This document shows, one piece after another, positions 1-8,855 of a stretch of DNA of 64,000 nt (within the stretch, counting starts at the first letter, position 1; the number at the start of each line of letters is the position of its first letter). The translations under genes were made by a program, and so were the position numbers. Source of the DNA: a virus; the IMG/VR virus record IMGVR_UViG_3300030339_000006. One strand, 5' to 3'. A model generated the notes under the pieces. It was not told the DNA's origin. It was given only the letters and a program-made list of their open reading frames with translations, and made no database searches.

Positions 1-2929
1 CGTTGATCGCCGTTCCGGTATACCCGGCAGCCGTCTGAGCCTGCTTGACACCCTTACGGTAGGTTGCCACGTCCATCTTCTGAAGGCCAGCGTTGACGTT
101 CTTCGCAGTGGCATCACGGAGTTCATCCCCTTGCTTGCCGAAGAGCAGTCCTGCACCGTCCATGTCGCCACGACCCAGAGCAGTAATACCCTTATCGATC
201 GCCCCGAGTTTGTCCTTGTCGAGCCCGGAGATCTTCTGCATAGCCATGTAGTCACGTACGCGTCCACGTTCCTCTTCACTCAGAGAAGACGGATCGCTCT
301 GGTAACGTGCCAGCAACTCACCGAATTCCTTCGAATAGAAGGACGTCTTACCATCGCCACCGGCGTCAAACAGGTCACCGAGGTCGGCACGACCGGTCGC
401 CGTCTGTGAACGGATCGCAGCGTTAAAGATACGAGCCCCGTCGCCCTGACCGAACTGGCCTTTCACGTAGCGTTCCAGACCCGTCGCCCCGAAGTATTTA
501 TCGGAGAAAGAGTCCTTCTGGTACGCGGCAGACTTGCTGTAGGTCTTGGAACCCTGCAGACGACCACGGTTAGAAGACGCAAAGCCAGACAGGAAGTCAT
601 CGCTCACGCGAGGGTTGAGGTCAGCCGCTGTCGTGTTTGTCACCTTCGAGACGCCGGTACGAATTGCTTCGTTGGTCCACTCAGTGTAGTCACCACGCGA
701 CATGTCACGGCCCACTTCCCCTTTCTTCAGACGGTAGTACTGGTCGAGCAACGCACGGTTGTCGGAATCAGACTTGCCGAAGTTGCCTTTCAGCTGGGTG
801 ATAACTTTACCGAGTTCAGACGAAGGATCGACGGTAGCCGAGTCACGACCGATTTGCTTCATCACGTCATCATACTGAGACAGGCGGTAGCCCGCTGAGT
901 TCTGAGAGAAGAATTCGGTGGTCTGCAGCGTCTGCACGCCGTTGATGTTCTTGTAGCTCTCGACGGCACGGTCCTGCACACGGGTACGACCCTGGATGCT
1001 GGCGTTGAAAGAATCCCAGTCGTCAGCCATTCCAGCACGGATACGGGTGAACGCACCGGCCACGGCACCGCTTCCCGACATCAAGTTACGGTTAATTTCG
1101 CGCCCGGTGTTAATCATTCCGCCGATTCCCGGTACGCCGCCCAGTGTATCATAACCCATCTGGCTACGGTACTGAGCATACTGCTTGTCTGCCGACGCCG
1201 CCGTCGCTTCACGAAGACGTGATTGGTATTGCGGGTCCAGTTTAGACTGAATGTCCAGACCAAAGGCACGGGCCTGTTCCGGAGTCAGTTGGCCTTGAGC
1301 CATCGCCAGACCCAGAGCGGATACCAGGTCCACTTTACCGGAACCGTCCTTCATCATCGCTGCCGGCGTACCACGAGAACGGTCATAGAGCGTGCTCATG
1401 ACGGTATCGGTCATCGAGTGGTTGTTCAGATACTCAGAAGCGTTTGCCCCGAAGTTAATCTGATCCAGGCCAAAGGAACGCAGCGGGTTGTTCGCACGGT
1501 GGGCACCGAAAGCGCCTGACACGTTGAGCATATTACCCGTTCCCAACTGGCCACCGGAGTTGATCGCCGCACGGAAGTACGGAGAGTTCATGATCTGTCC
1601 GGAACCTTCCAAGAGGTTCTGCGTAGCCCCTTCAACACCACCGAGAGCGGCAATGTCTGCAGAGTGGATCGCACCGGTCTTGTACGCGTTCGAGAATCCG
1701 GCGAAGATCGAAGCTGCCTGACGCTGTCCCATAATCGGGAGCATGCCGAGCTGCTGGGCGACCATTTGCCCTTGGTTACCCACGGTGTTCATGATCTGTT
1801 CGGCCGACGCCCCGGAAATCCCAGAAGCGATACCCATTTCAGACATGACACGCGTTACGGCCCCAGGGTTGGACACACCGGCCGCCTTCAGACGACCCAT
1901 GTATTGGATCGCTTCTTTCACAGACGTGGTGTTGGCCACGGCCATGATCATCTTCACTGAATCAGCCATGCCTTCGACACGCTTCTTCATTTGGTCGACG
2001 TTCATGTTACCGATATCGTTGAAGATACCTGCCTGCATGCCATAGTCGGCCATCGCTGCGTAGTCACCCTGCTCGAACCCGAGGTCACGGGTGTTCGATT
2101 GGGTAAACGCACGGCTCAGTGAGTTAGCGTGACGTGCGGACATCCCGAAGGTGCCGACGTTAGGGCTCGAGATGCCACCGACGAATTGGTTTGCCGTCCC
2201 GGCCAGCATCGCGTCTTCACCACGGCGAATCCCGATGTAAGGCTCAGAGATGTAGTAGTTTGCCGCTTTCGCAGCTGCCGCACCGGCTAACAGTGGTGCA
2301 GCGATACCACCGACCAGTCCACCGATCACAGCGCCGCCGGCTCCCAGAGCTCCTCCGGTACCGGCTAATGCTCCGCCCAGGCCGAAAGCACGACCGGCAG
2401 CACCGATCATACTACCGACGAGGGAGCCTGCACCGCGGCCGGCCATAGAACCCATTGCTCCACCGAGAGACTGGGTCGCTGCGGTACTTGACCATGCAGC
2501 GGCAGCCGAAGCCATCCCTTCTCCACGGTAAATCGAGCGGGCGTAAGCTGCGGAACGGTCGAACAGGCCGGATGCTGGAGAGCGAGCGGCGACACGCTGG
2601 CCGAAGAACTTATTCGCCCCGTACCAAGCGGCTAACGGTACGCCGATCTTGGTGACGCCTTCCATAGCAGCGTCGGAGTTCATAGTGTTCAACGACCAGT
2701 TGTTGGCACGTTCTTCCTGAGACGGATCGCTCGCGTAGTTCCCGAAGGTATTCTGGAACATGTACTGTTGACGCATAGCGTCCATGTACCCACGATTGAC
2801 CGCGAAGGGGTTGTTGGGGTCAGTGTCCGACGAGTACGCCGGACGGAAGTTTGACATGTACGCCGGAGTCGTATACGCCGGGTTGATCCCGAAGCCCTGG
2901 TACGTGGACATCGGTCTCTGGGAGAACAT
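1..2929 (-). CDS. Tail tape measure protein (3' end runs off the window; >975 aa)
   Basis: Not in the ORF track. Manual translation from ATG 2929 (MFSQRPMSTYQGFGINP...) stays open to base 1. Ala/Gly/Met-rich helical sequence with a Gly-rich hydrophobic stretch, directly downstream of a frameshifting chaperone pair. Confidence 0.75.
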   Translation of the reverse strand, partial: MFSQRPMSTYQGFGINPAYTTPAYMSNFRPAYSSDTDPNNPFAVNRGYMDAMRQQYMFQNTFGNYASDPSQEERANNWSLNTMNSDAAMEGVTKIGVPLAAWYGANKFFGQRVAARSPASGLFDRSAAYARSIYRGEGMASAAAAWSSTAATQSLGGAMGSMAGRGAGSLVGSMIGAAGRAFGLGGALAGTGGALGAGGAVIGGLVGGIAAPLLAGAAAAKAANYYISEPYIGIRRGEDAMLAGTANQFVGGISSPNVGTFGMSARHANSLSRAFTQSNTRDLGFEQGDYAAMADYGMQAGIFNDIGNMNVDQMKKRVEGMADSVKMIMAVANTTSVKEAIQYMGRLKAAGVSNPGAVTRVMSEMGIASGISGASAEQIMNTVGNQGQMVAQQLGMLPIMGQRQAASIFAGFSNAYKTGAIHSADIAALGGVEGATQNLLEGSGQIMNSPYFRAAINSGGQLGTGNMLNVSGAFGAHRANNPLRSFGLDQINFGANASEYLNNHSMTDTVMSTLYDRSRGTPAAMMKDGSGKVDLVSALGLAMAQGQLTPEQARAFGLDIQSKLDPQYQSRLREATAASADKQYAQYRSQMGYDTLGGVPGIGGMINTGREINRNLMSGSGAVAGAFTRIRAGMADDWDSFNASIQGRTRVQDRAVESYKNINGVQTLQTTEFFSQNSAGYRLSQYDDVMKQIGRDSATVDPSSELGKVITQLKGNFGKSDSDNRALLDQYYRLKKGEVGRDMSRGDYTEWTNEAIRTGVSKVTNTTAADLNPRVSDDFLSGFASSNRGRLQGSKTYSKSAAYQKDSFSDKYFGATGLERYVKGQFGQGDGARIFNAAIRSQTATGRADLGDLFDAGGDGKTSFYSKEFGELLARYQSDPSSLSEEERGRVRDYMAMQKISGLDKDKLGAIDKGITALGRGDMDGAGLLFGKQGDELRDATAKNVNAGLQKMDVATYRKGVKQAQTAAGYTGTAIN

Positions 2930-2930
2930 A

Positions 2931-3263
2931 TTATCGGCCATTCGTTAATTCCTCTAGTCCCGTCACTTTGAGGTTAGTGTTACCTTGATCATCACGAACC
3001 ATCTGGGCTTCTGGCACCAGGTGCTTGATGTGCTTATCGTAGTATTCCAACATCTCATTGTAGTGGGCTTTCTTGGTGTCAGCCGAATCAAATATCGCGT
3101 TAGAGTATTCGGTAAGGATCGACCTAGCAGAGGTAGCGTTGTTTAGCCCGCCTGCTACAACAGCCATGAGTTTTCTGGACTCCTGAGACAGTTCACTCAG
3201 GGCGTATTTCCGAAAGATTACATCCCTCGGGGAGCCCAGAACATCCGGGTCGATCCCTTTCAT
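2931..3263 (-). CDS. Tail assembly chaperone, frameshift extension (gpGT-like 'T' part)
   Basis: In the -1 frame relative to 3299..3862 and open back to the slippery site; lies directly before the tape measure. Confidence 0.7.
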   Translation of the reverse strand: MKGIDPDVLGSPRDVIFRKYALSELSQESRKLMAVVAGGLNNATSARSILTEYSNAIFDSADTKKAHYNEMLEYYDKHIKHLVPEAQMVRDDQGNTNLKVTGLEELTNGR

Positions 3264-3298
3264 GTAGAGACCGACGCGGAGTTTACCCCATGGCTGTT

Positions 3299-3862
3299 TT
3301 AGAAATTTTCCTTGCCGTATTCAACGGCTTGGAGAACATTCTGGTCGAACTTGCCGAGTTCCCCTGCCAGGATAATGATTGCCGGCGAAGGTAAGCTGCT
3401 GACGTACGTGTAGCGGTCAGAAACGCTCATGTCTCGTAGATCTGTGCCGTTGTAATCCACCAGCGAGTACGCCAGGGTCAACAGGCTGCTTTGGTTCTGA
3501 TAGCTGAGCATCGTATTGAACGTACGGCCGTCCAACTTGGTGGTCATGTCGTTGTCTTCTTTCGCTGTACGGCTACGCAGGGTAGCACGGTAGCGAGTAC
3601 CCAGGTGAACCACCTCGGTGTAAGACCCTTCGAACATGATCGCATCGAAAATCTTGAGGAAGTAAGCTTTACGCTCTTCCGTCAGATCTGGTTCCTTATC
3701 TTCCTGATCCACTTTCTTTGTAACTTCAGGGTCTGGGACAGGTGCGTCCTTAACTTCTTCAGGGAAGAGCTCCCCTGCGGAAGCCACGTCGTTCATGCTG
3801 AAGCTGTCATCTGCGAACAATTCATTCATTTCTTTCTTGGCGCCAATCTTCTTGCTTGTCAT
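3299..3862 (-). CDS. Tail assembly chaperone (gpG-like)
   Basis: Acidic 187 aa protein ending GAA AAT TTC TAA; position upstream of the tape measure. Confidence 0.7.
   Translation of the reverse strand: MTSKKIGAKKEMNELFADDSFSMNDVASAGELFPEEVKDAPVPDPEVTKKVDQEDKEPDLTEERKAYFLKIFDAIMFEGSYTEVVHLGTRYRATLRSRTAKEDNDMTTKLDGRTFNTMLSYQNQSSLLTLAYSLVDYNGTDLRDMSVSDRYTYVSSLPSPAIIILAGELGKFDQNVLQAVEYGKENF
3302..3308 (-). other. Programmed -1 ribosomal frameshift slippery heptamer A AAT TTC
   Basis: X XXY YYZ heptamer in frame just before the stop. The -1 frame reads LKQPWGKLRVGLY-MKGIDP into ORF 2931..3263. Confidence 0.8.
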
Positions 3863-3889
3863 GTTGTTTCCTCTTGATGGTATTTTAGA

Positions 3890-5488
3890 TTACTCAGTGT
3901 AGCTGAAGTCGCCACTGATGTATTGATAGGCCACGTTGCCGAAAACCACGGAGTGAAGCCAATCATCCGGCTCATCTGGGTGGTGACGATACACTCGGCG
4001 TCCTACCGTCGTTTCTTCTTCGAAGATGTTCAGGGCATCGGTCCACATCCCTTCGGTCAGTTCCCAGCACGGGGACACGAAGGACTTCTGACCTAGACGC
4101 CACTTCATGAGTACGTTATCAATCGCTTGGGAGCGGTCGGCGGCCAGGTACTGACCTTCGCCATCCCAACGAAGACGCTTCTTCGCTGCAACGTAGTTTA
4201 TCATGATGACCTTGTTATGGCCTAATTCCTTTTGCATCAACTGACCCTGAAGCACACCGACACCGCGGTCAGAACCGATGATAGATACGTTCCACTTACG
4301 GGCCATTTGGCAGCACTTGTCGACCTGCTCGAGGATATGAATCCCCTGCATCTTACGGGACTCCAGGAGGTAGCACTTGCCGTAGCCATCATAGCCGAGA
4401 GCCGTGGCGACGGTGTAGGACTTGACTCCACCCGTTACTGACCAGTCGATGCCCAGTACCGTCTTCACGATGGTCGGAGCGATCGCCGCCCAGACAGGGT
4501 TCGAGAAGTCCTGAGGATCAGCCCAGCCCTTCCATGCCGGTACGCAGCAGTCCATCGCTTCACGCATTGACAGTGAGCGTCCGGAGAGGTCCGTTGCCAG
4601 ACCGAAGACTTCGTTGGCCAGCGTGGCCGGAGTATACAGTCCGCCGTCCTGAGCCTGCTTCACTTTGTCGATCATACGGGCCCACTTCTTGGGCTTGGTG
4701 TTGTCACCGATCACGAGCTGCGGAAGGTGGAAGCCGACTTTGTCACGGATAGACTGGTTCGTTGCGACCCACTGCCCGGTTCCAACGTCGATGACCTTAC
4801 CACACTTGTCACAGGACGGGCCGGCCGGTTGGCAGATCTTGATGCACGTTTCGTAGTCACGAGGAATAACCCAGTGATTACAGTGCGGACACTTGCTCGC
4901 CCATTCTAATCGGTTGGTACGCAGCCACAACTGCTCGAGGGTGTTAGCGGAAGACTTGGACGTGCCAGCCAGTACCTTGAAAGCATACTCGGAGGCGTTC
5001 AGGATTTCGAAGATCGGCGGGAGTGCGTCATAGGACACATCCTGGACTTCGTCGACGGTCAGCAGGTCCGCCATCAATCCACGGATACGGTCAGCGTCGC
5101 TTTCGGTCTGAGCGTACGACAGGTAAATCTTAGAGCCGTTCGAGAAGGTCTTTTCGAACACGTTGCTCGTGTCGCTGGTTTTACGGAAATACTTCTTCAC
5201 CAACGGCGACTCCAAGAAGGAGTCGAGGTATGCATTCGAGAAACGCTTCGCCTGGATCTGGAAAGGAGCGATGTAAAGGGAGTTGAAGTACCCCTTACCG
5301 ATACTCTTAGAAACCAAGCGGCCTCCTAGGGATACGGACTTACCGATCTGACGTCCGGCCTTGAAGACCATCAGGTCCGGGTCGATGTCATAGATCTTGG
5401 TGAAGGGTTTGTAATCCGAGAAATTGATCGGTTTACCCTTCAGTTCCAGCAGGGCCGCAGCCAGCTGGGAAGACGTTGCAACTTTCAT
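3890..5488 (-). CDS. terL: Terminase large subunit (GpA-like, with CxxC zinc ribbon)
   Basis: Walker A FKAGRQIGKS, Walker B LTVDEVQD, CPHC...CDKC, nuclease motifs LGIDW and PDDWLHS. Confidence 0.9.
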   Translation of the reverse strand: MKVATSSQLAAALLELKGKPINFSDYKPFTKIYDIDPDLMVFKAGRQIGKSVSLGGRLVSKSIGKGYFNSLYIAPFQIQAKRFSNAYLDSFLESPLVKKYFRKTSDTSNVFEKTFSNGSKIYLSYAQTESDADRIRGLMADLLTVDEVQDVSYDALPPIFEILNASEYAFKVLAGTSKSSANTLEQLWLRTNRLEWASKCPHCNHWVIPRDYETCIKICQPAGPSCDKCGKVIDVGTGQWVATNQSIRDKVGFHLPQLVIGDNTKPKKWARMIDKVKQAQDGGLYTPATLANEVFGLATDLSGRSLSMREAMDCCVPAWKGWADPQDFSNPVWAAIAPTIVKTVLGIDWSVTGGVKSYTVATALGYDGYGKCYLLESRKMQGIHILEQVDKCCQMARKWNVSIIGSDRGVGVLQGQLMQKELGHNKVIMINYVAAKKRLRWDGEGQYLAADRSQAIDNVLMKWRLGQKSFVSPCWELTEGMWTDALNIFEEETTVGRRVYRHHPDEPDDWLHSVVFGNVAYQYISGDFSYTE

Positions 5489-5508
5489 AAAAAATCTCCA
5501 TTTAGGTA

Positions 5509-5537
5509 TTCAATATTTTAGAATACCTTGGTATAAT
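5509..5537 (+). promoter_or_regulatory. Sigma70-like / GGTATAA promoter of the ubiquitin-like operon; overlaps a divergent TAAAAT site for terL
   Basis: TTCAAT-N17-TATAAT with extended -10 TGn; ATTTTA (minus-strand TAAAAT) at 5515-5520. Confidence 0.65.
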
Positions 5538-5594
5538 GACTTTGGTGTAGATTACTACGCTAAAAACAAAAAACCTAAACTAAAGGAAAATCCA

Positions 5595-5792
5595 ATGTCT
5601 CAAGTAACTTCTACCGTAATCCACATCCCAGGCCGTGAAGCAACCACTCTGACCGGTATGGACGTAAAACTCGAAGACGCAACTCGTCAGTTCGACGCAG
5701 CATTCCAGACCTCCACTATGGACAAGCGTGAAGATATCGTTGACGGCGTACGTCACATTTACTTCAGCCGCCGTACTGGTACTAAAGGCTGA
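5595..5792 (+). CDS. Ubiquitin-like modifier (Prok_Ub / PRTRC protein C-like), 65 aa
   Basis: RBS AAGGA; MSQVTSTVIHIPG...HIYFSRRTGTKG; C-terminal GTKG as in PRTRC protein C; first gene of an E2-JAB-E1 operon. Confidence 0.8.
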   Translation: MSQVTSTVIHIPGREATTLTGMDVKLEDATRQFDAAFQTSTMDKREDIVDGVRHIYFSRRTGTKG

Positions 5793-5815
5793 TCCATTAG
5801 GGTCAGTTTCCAAAG

Positions 5816-5844
5816 AGGAGCCTTCGGGCTCCTTTTTCTTTTTT
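5816..5844 (+). terminator. Rho-independent terminator after the Ubl gene
   Basis: AGGAGCC-TTCG-GGCTCCT followed by a T tract. Confidence 0.85.
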
Positions 5845-5861
5845 AGTTGCTGGAGAACACC

Positions 5862-6896
5862 ATGTCAGCAATCAGTTCGTATCAAGGCTATTCCTCGTTA
5901 GCCGGTCAGAGTTACAGCCTGGAACTCGAAGAGATCTTAACGAGACTTCCCGAAATGTTCCAACGGCACGGCGTTAATATCGACGTCCTGGGTCACCGCC
6001 AAGTAACCCCTCTGCCAGGCGAAGAACCTCATCCTGAAGTCGTTTCCCAGATGGCCGGGCAGGATAACTCCGGGACACTCTCTACGATGCGTCAGGGAGT
6101 GGATAACCTTCGCAATATCTCTATGCGTATCAATGCAGCCGTCTTCGCTCAGTGGGCCCGACCGGTGCTTCCCCAGACCCGCCCCGTAGAAGCCGCTCTG
6201 CAGCGTATCGTACAGGGTACTGCCGGCCACCGTATGGATCCGTTCATGGATCTCATTATCAAGTTTTTACGCAAAGATATCAAGCACCCAATTCGTAACC
6301 TGCCGATCTTCGATGCGAGTATTGGCTTCGGGATGGGTGTTCCGACTAACCCTGCGTTTAGTGAAGCGATTGGGACACTCGGGGAAGTCTATTCGGTAGG
6401 CCCACGTCGAGCGTCCGGTACTGTCGTCGAAGATACACCGGTGATCCGCCGCTATCTTCGTTATCTTAACTACCTGGCCCGCCAAACCGGTATGCATGTG
6501 GTGTGGATGCCAACGTCCTTTGATACACATCCAGCGATACGGGCGGCAACGGTCTCCGTTCAGATGACGAACGGCCAACCTCGAATTCTCGGGGAACCTC
6601 AGCGTCTTCGAGGGTTGGCAGTCTACCTGCTCGGGGACTACCTTCGTTGGGCACCACTGTCCCGCTACGAGTTCCTTCAGCAGCCGGGACAGGTGATGCT
6701 CGAAGACCCAAACATGTCTTACGTGCCCATTCTTAATGCCCACCTGCCCTCGATTTCGGCAGCACTGTTAACGTTAGGAGCGTTCTCTCCATGCAAGATC
6801 TTCTACAAAGACTTCAGAGCGCAAACGAGCTCACGGCAAGCGGACCCATCGCCTTCGACCTCATCCACGCCAGACTCCGAGCAGATACCGTTCTAG
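5862..6896 (+). CDS. Hypothetical protein in the ubiquitin-like operon
   Basis: RBS GGAG before ATG 5862; no recognisable motif. Confidence 0.7.
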   Translation: MSAISSYQGYSSLAGQSYSLELEEILTRLPEMFQRHGVNIDVLGHRQVTPLPGEEPHPEVVSQMAGQDNSGTLSTMRQGVDNLRNISMRINAAVFAQWARPVLPQTRPVEAALQRIVQGTAGHRMDPFMDLIIKFLRKDIKHPIRNLPIFDASIGFGMGVPTNPAFSEAIGTLGEVYSVGPRRASGTVVEDTPVIRRYLRYLNYLARQTGMHVVWMPTSFDTHPAIRAATVSVQMTNGQPRILGEPQRLRGLAVYLLGDYLRWAPLSRYEFLQQPGQVMLEDPNMSYVPILNAHLPSISAALLTLGAFSPCKIFYKDFRAQTSSRQADPSPSTSSTPDSEQIPF

Positions 6897-7024
6897 AGTC
6901 GATGATGGTTTTGTCTAATCTTCGCGTTCAGATCACTCGCCAGGCACGTGGTAACAACATCCGTGAGCGTATGCCTGAATTCCATTCTTACCGTAACCTC
7001 AGAACGGGGAGCACTTTTATATGA
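6791..7024 (+). CDS. Small hypothetical protein coupled to E2
   Basis: RBS AGGAG; its stop overlaps the E2 start (ATGA). Confidence 0.5.
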   Translation: MQDLLQRLQSANELTASGPIAFDLIHARLRADTVLESMMVLSNLRVQITRQARGNNIRERMPEFHSYRNLRTGSTFI

Positions 7025-7755
7025 GCAGCGGTCTTAATATCACGATCTTCGACACGCACGTCCGTGTGCCGAACGGTACGGGATCTTTCAAGAACATCTC
7101 CCGTGCTGACTTCATTGAAGAGGTCAAGCGTATGGAGAGTAATGAACCCGCCCGGGCGACTGCCGGGACGGCGTTCCGTTTCCCTAATGAAGTACTGACG
7201 GCAGAAATCTCGCCGGCACAGTGCCGCTTGTTGATGTACTTCCCGGCGGCCAAGCGTACCGTGAAGCATATTCGAGGGGGTAATCGCAAAGCGGATTCCT
7301 ATGAGATCCCGTTCCCGGCGACGCTCATCCACGTTACGATGACGGCAGACGCAGCCGGCCGTTGGGTTCTCCAGCAGCCACGCTGGTACTGCACGGACAT
7401 GAACATCGATGAAGTCCCGAGCATCCGCGGTCTGGACTTCACTCCACGTAACCGTATCTGGCCACTTCCTTTCCCGAACCAGTATGGCGATGGCCGCATG
7501 TGTGTCGGTCAGAACAACTACAAGTCGCTCTACACGAACGACCTGCGTGGCATGAACGAACTGTTCTACGGCGTGTTGATCGATTCTGCGTTCAACGATG
7601 ACCTGGGCGTTCGTATCAACTTGAATATCAACCCGGATAAGTGGTTTGAGAAACTGTCAAGACTGGACGAATTCCCGTTCAAATACCTAAGCGGCTATGT
7701 TGGCCAATCCACTGTTGCAATCGATGATGAAGACGAGGAAGAAGATGAAGATTGA
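7021..7755 (+). CDS. Prokaryotic E2 conjugating enzyme (Prok-E2 family D / PRTRC protein B-like)
   Basis: IPFPATL...PLPFPNQYGDGRMCVG with a catalytic Cys, and SAFNDDL; acidic tail. Confidence 0.8.
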   Translation: MSSGLNITIFDTHVRVPNGTGSFKNISRADFIEEVKRMESNEPARATAGTAFRFPNEVLTAEISPAQCRLLMYFPAAKRTVKHIRGGNRKADSYEIPFPATLIHVTMTADAAGRWVLQQPRWYCTDMNIDEVPSIRGLDFTPRNRIWPLPFPNQYGDGRMCVGQNNYKSLYTNDLRGMNELFYGVLIDSAFNDDLGVRINLNINPDKWFEKLSRLDEFPFKYLSGYVGQSTVAIDDEDEEEDED

Positions 7756-8854
7756 TTTGATGCCATTCATGAGCGTGCTGGTTACTGAAGAAGCTTTCCT
7801 GGCCGCCACTCCTGAACTGCTCCAGACGCCGATCGTTAACGTCCTGGGCAATGACGGGCAAATGTACGTGTACTCTCGCTTCTCCCTCGGCCGCTCCATG
7901 CTGACGGCGTCGACCAAGACCACGCTGAGCAACGGTAAGCCTTCGATCCTGAAGGAAGAACTGCAGCCACTGGCCTTCGGTAACAAGATCCCTTCGGCTA
8001 TGCTGGACAAGATCCTGGCGTTCTTCAAAGAAGTCATGGAGATGACCGGCTCGTCTGGTAAGCATGGTGAATACGAAGCGATGGCACACATCGTGTGGAA
8101 CACTCGTACCAAGTCCTACCGTATCGCTATCCCTAAACAGAAAGTGTCCAAAGCGGCAGTGACGTACACCTGGGAACACGTTGACGAAGATTACGAAACG
8201 GTTATCTTCGACATCCACTCACATAACACCATGGATGCTTTCTTCTCCGGTACTGACGAAGCTGATGATCGCTCGTACATCGGTATTTCCGGTGTGGCCG
8301 GCCGTCTGAACACCGACGCTAAGCTGATCTGGCGCTTCAATGCCTTCAAGCAGAAAGTCAAAATGGAGTACGGTGACATCTTCGACGCCCCAGAGAAATC
8401 TGCGATGCCGGAAATGCAGGAGTGGATGGATAAGGTTACCATCCCACCGGCCTACGTTGCTCCGTCCTATGGCAATGGCTATTCGTACAAGCCGGGCGGT
8501 GCTGACCCAAAGTCGGAAACGCGTGTGTTCGGGGTTGCAAGGGACCGTGCGGGCATCGACGACCAATCATCTATTGAAGACAATCTGTTCTCTGGTAACG
8601 AAAGCTCTTGGTATGATAAAAACCGGGATTTTCCAGGGGCCGGGCTCGGGCTGGACGACTTAGCCGAAGACCTGGCCGATAAAGTCTGGAATGAAGAAGA
8701 CGATGAGTTGAACGCAGAAGTGGCTGCAGTACTGGCCAAGCGTGTCGTCGAAACAGAAACCCTCTATGACGCCGGCGTGTTCGTCGTGACTAACCGTGCG
8801 GAAGCCGCTGCGGCGATCGCTCGTCTGAACTCTGATTACACCATAGGACAATAA
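7745..8854 (+). CDS. JAB/MPN metallo-isopeptidase (PRTRC protein A-like)
   Basis: E(AMAHIVW)...DIHSHNTMDAFFSGTD = JAMM motif E-xn-HxH-x7-S-x2-D. Confidence 0.85.
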   Translation: MKIDLMPFMSVLVTEEAFLAATPELLQTPIVNVLGNDGQMYVYSRFSLGRSMLTASTKTTLSNGKPSILKEELQPLAFGNKIPSAMLDKILAFFKEVMEMTGSSGKHGEYEAMAHIVWNTRTKSYRIAIPKQKVSKAAVTYTWEHVDEDYETVIFDIHSHNTMDAFFSGTDEADDRSYIGISGVAGRLNTDAKLIWRFNAFKQKVKMEYGDIFDAPEKSAMPEMQEWMDKVTIPPAYVAPSYGNGYSYKPGGADPKSETRVFGVARDRAGIDDQSSIEDNLFSGNESSWYDKNRDFPGAGLGLDDLAEDLADKVWNEEDDELNAEVAAVLAKRVVETETLYDAGVFVVTNRAEAAAAIARLNSDYTIGQ

Positions 8855-8855
8855 G

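Noticed and set aside
131-2655. Short ORFs listed by the track in the first 2.7 kb
   Set aside because: All lie within the continuous minus-strand tape-measure frame that the track missed because it runs off the window.
5424-5594. Extended N-termini given by the ORF track (5424, 7697, 16552, 23699, 44969, 46784, 48113)
   Set aside because: They overlap neighbouring genes or promoters; internal starts with RBS or overlap coupling fit better.
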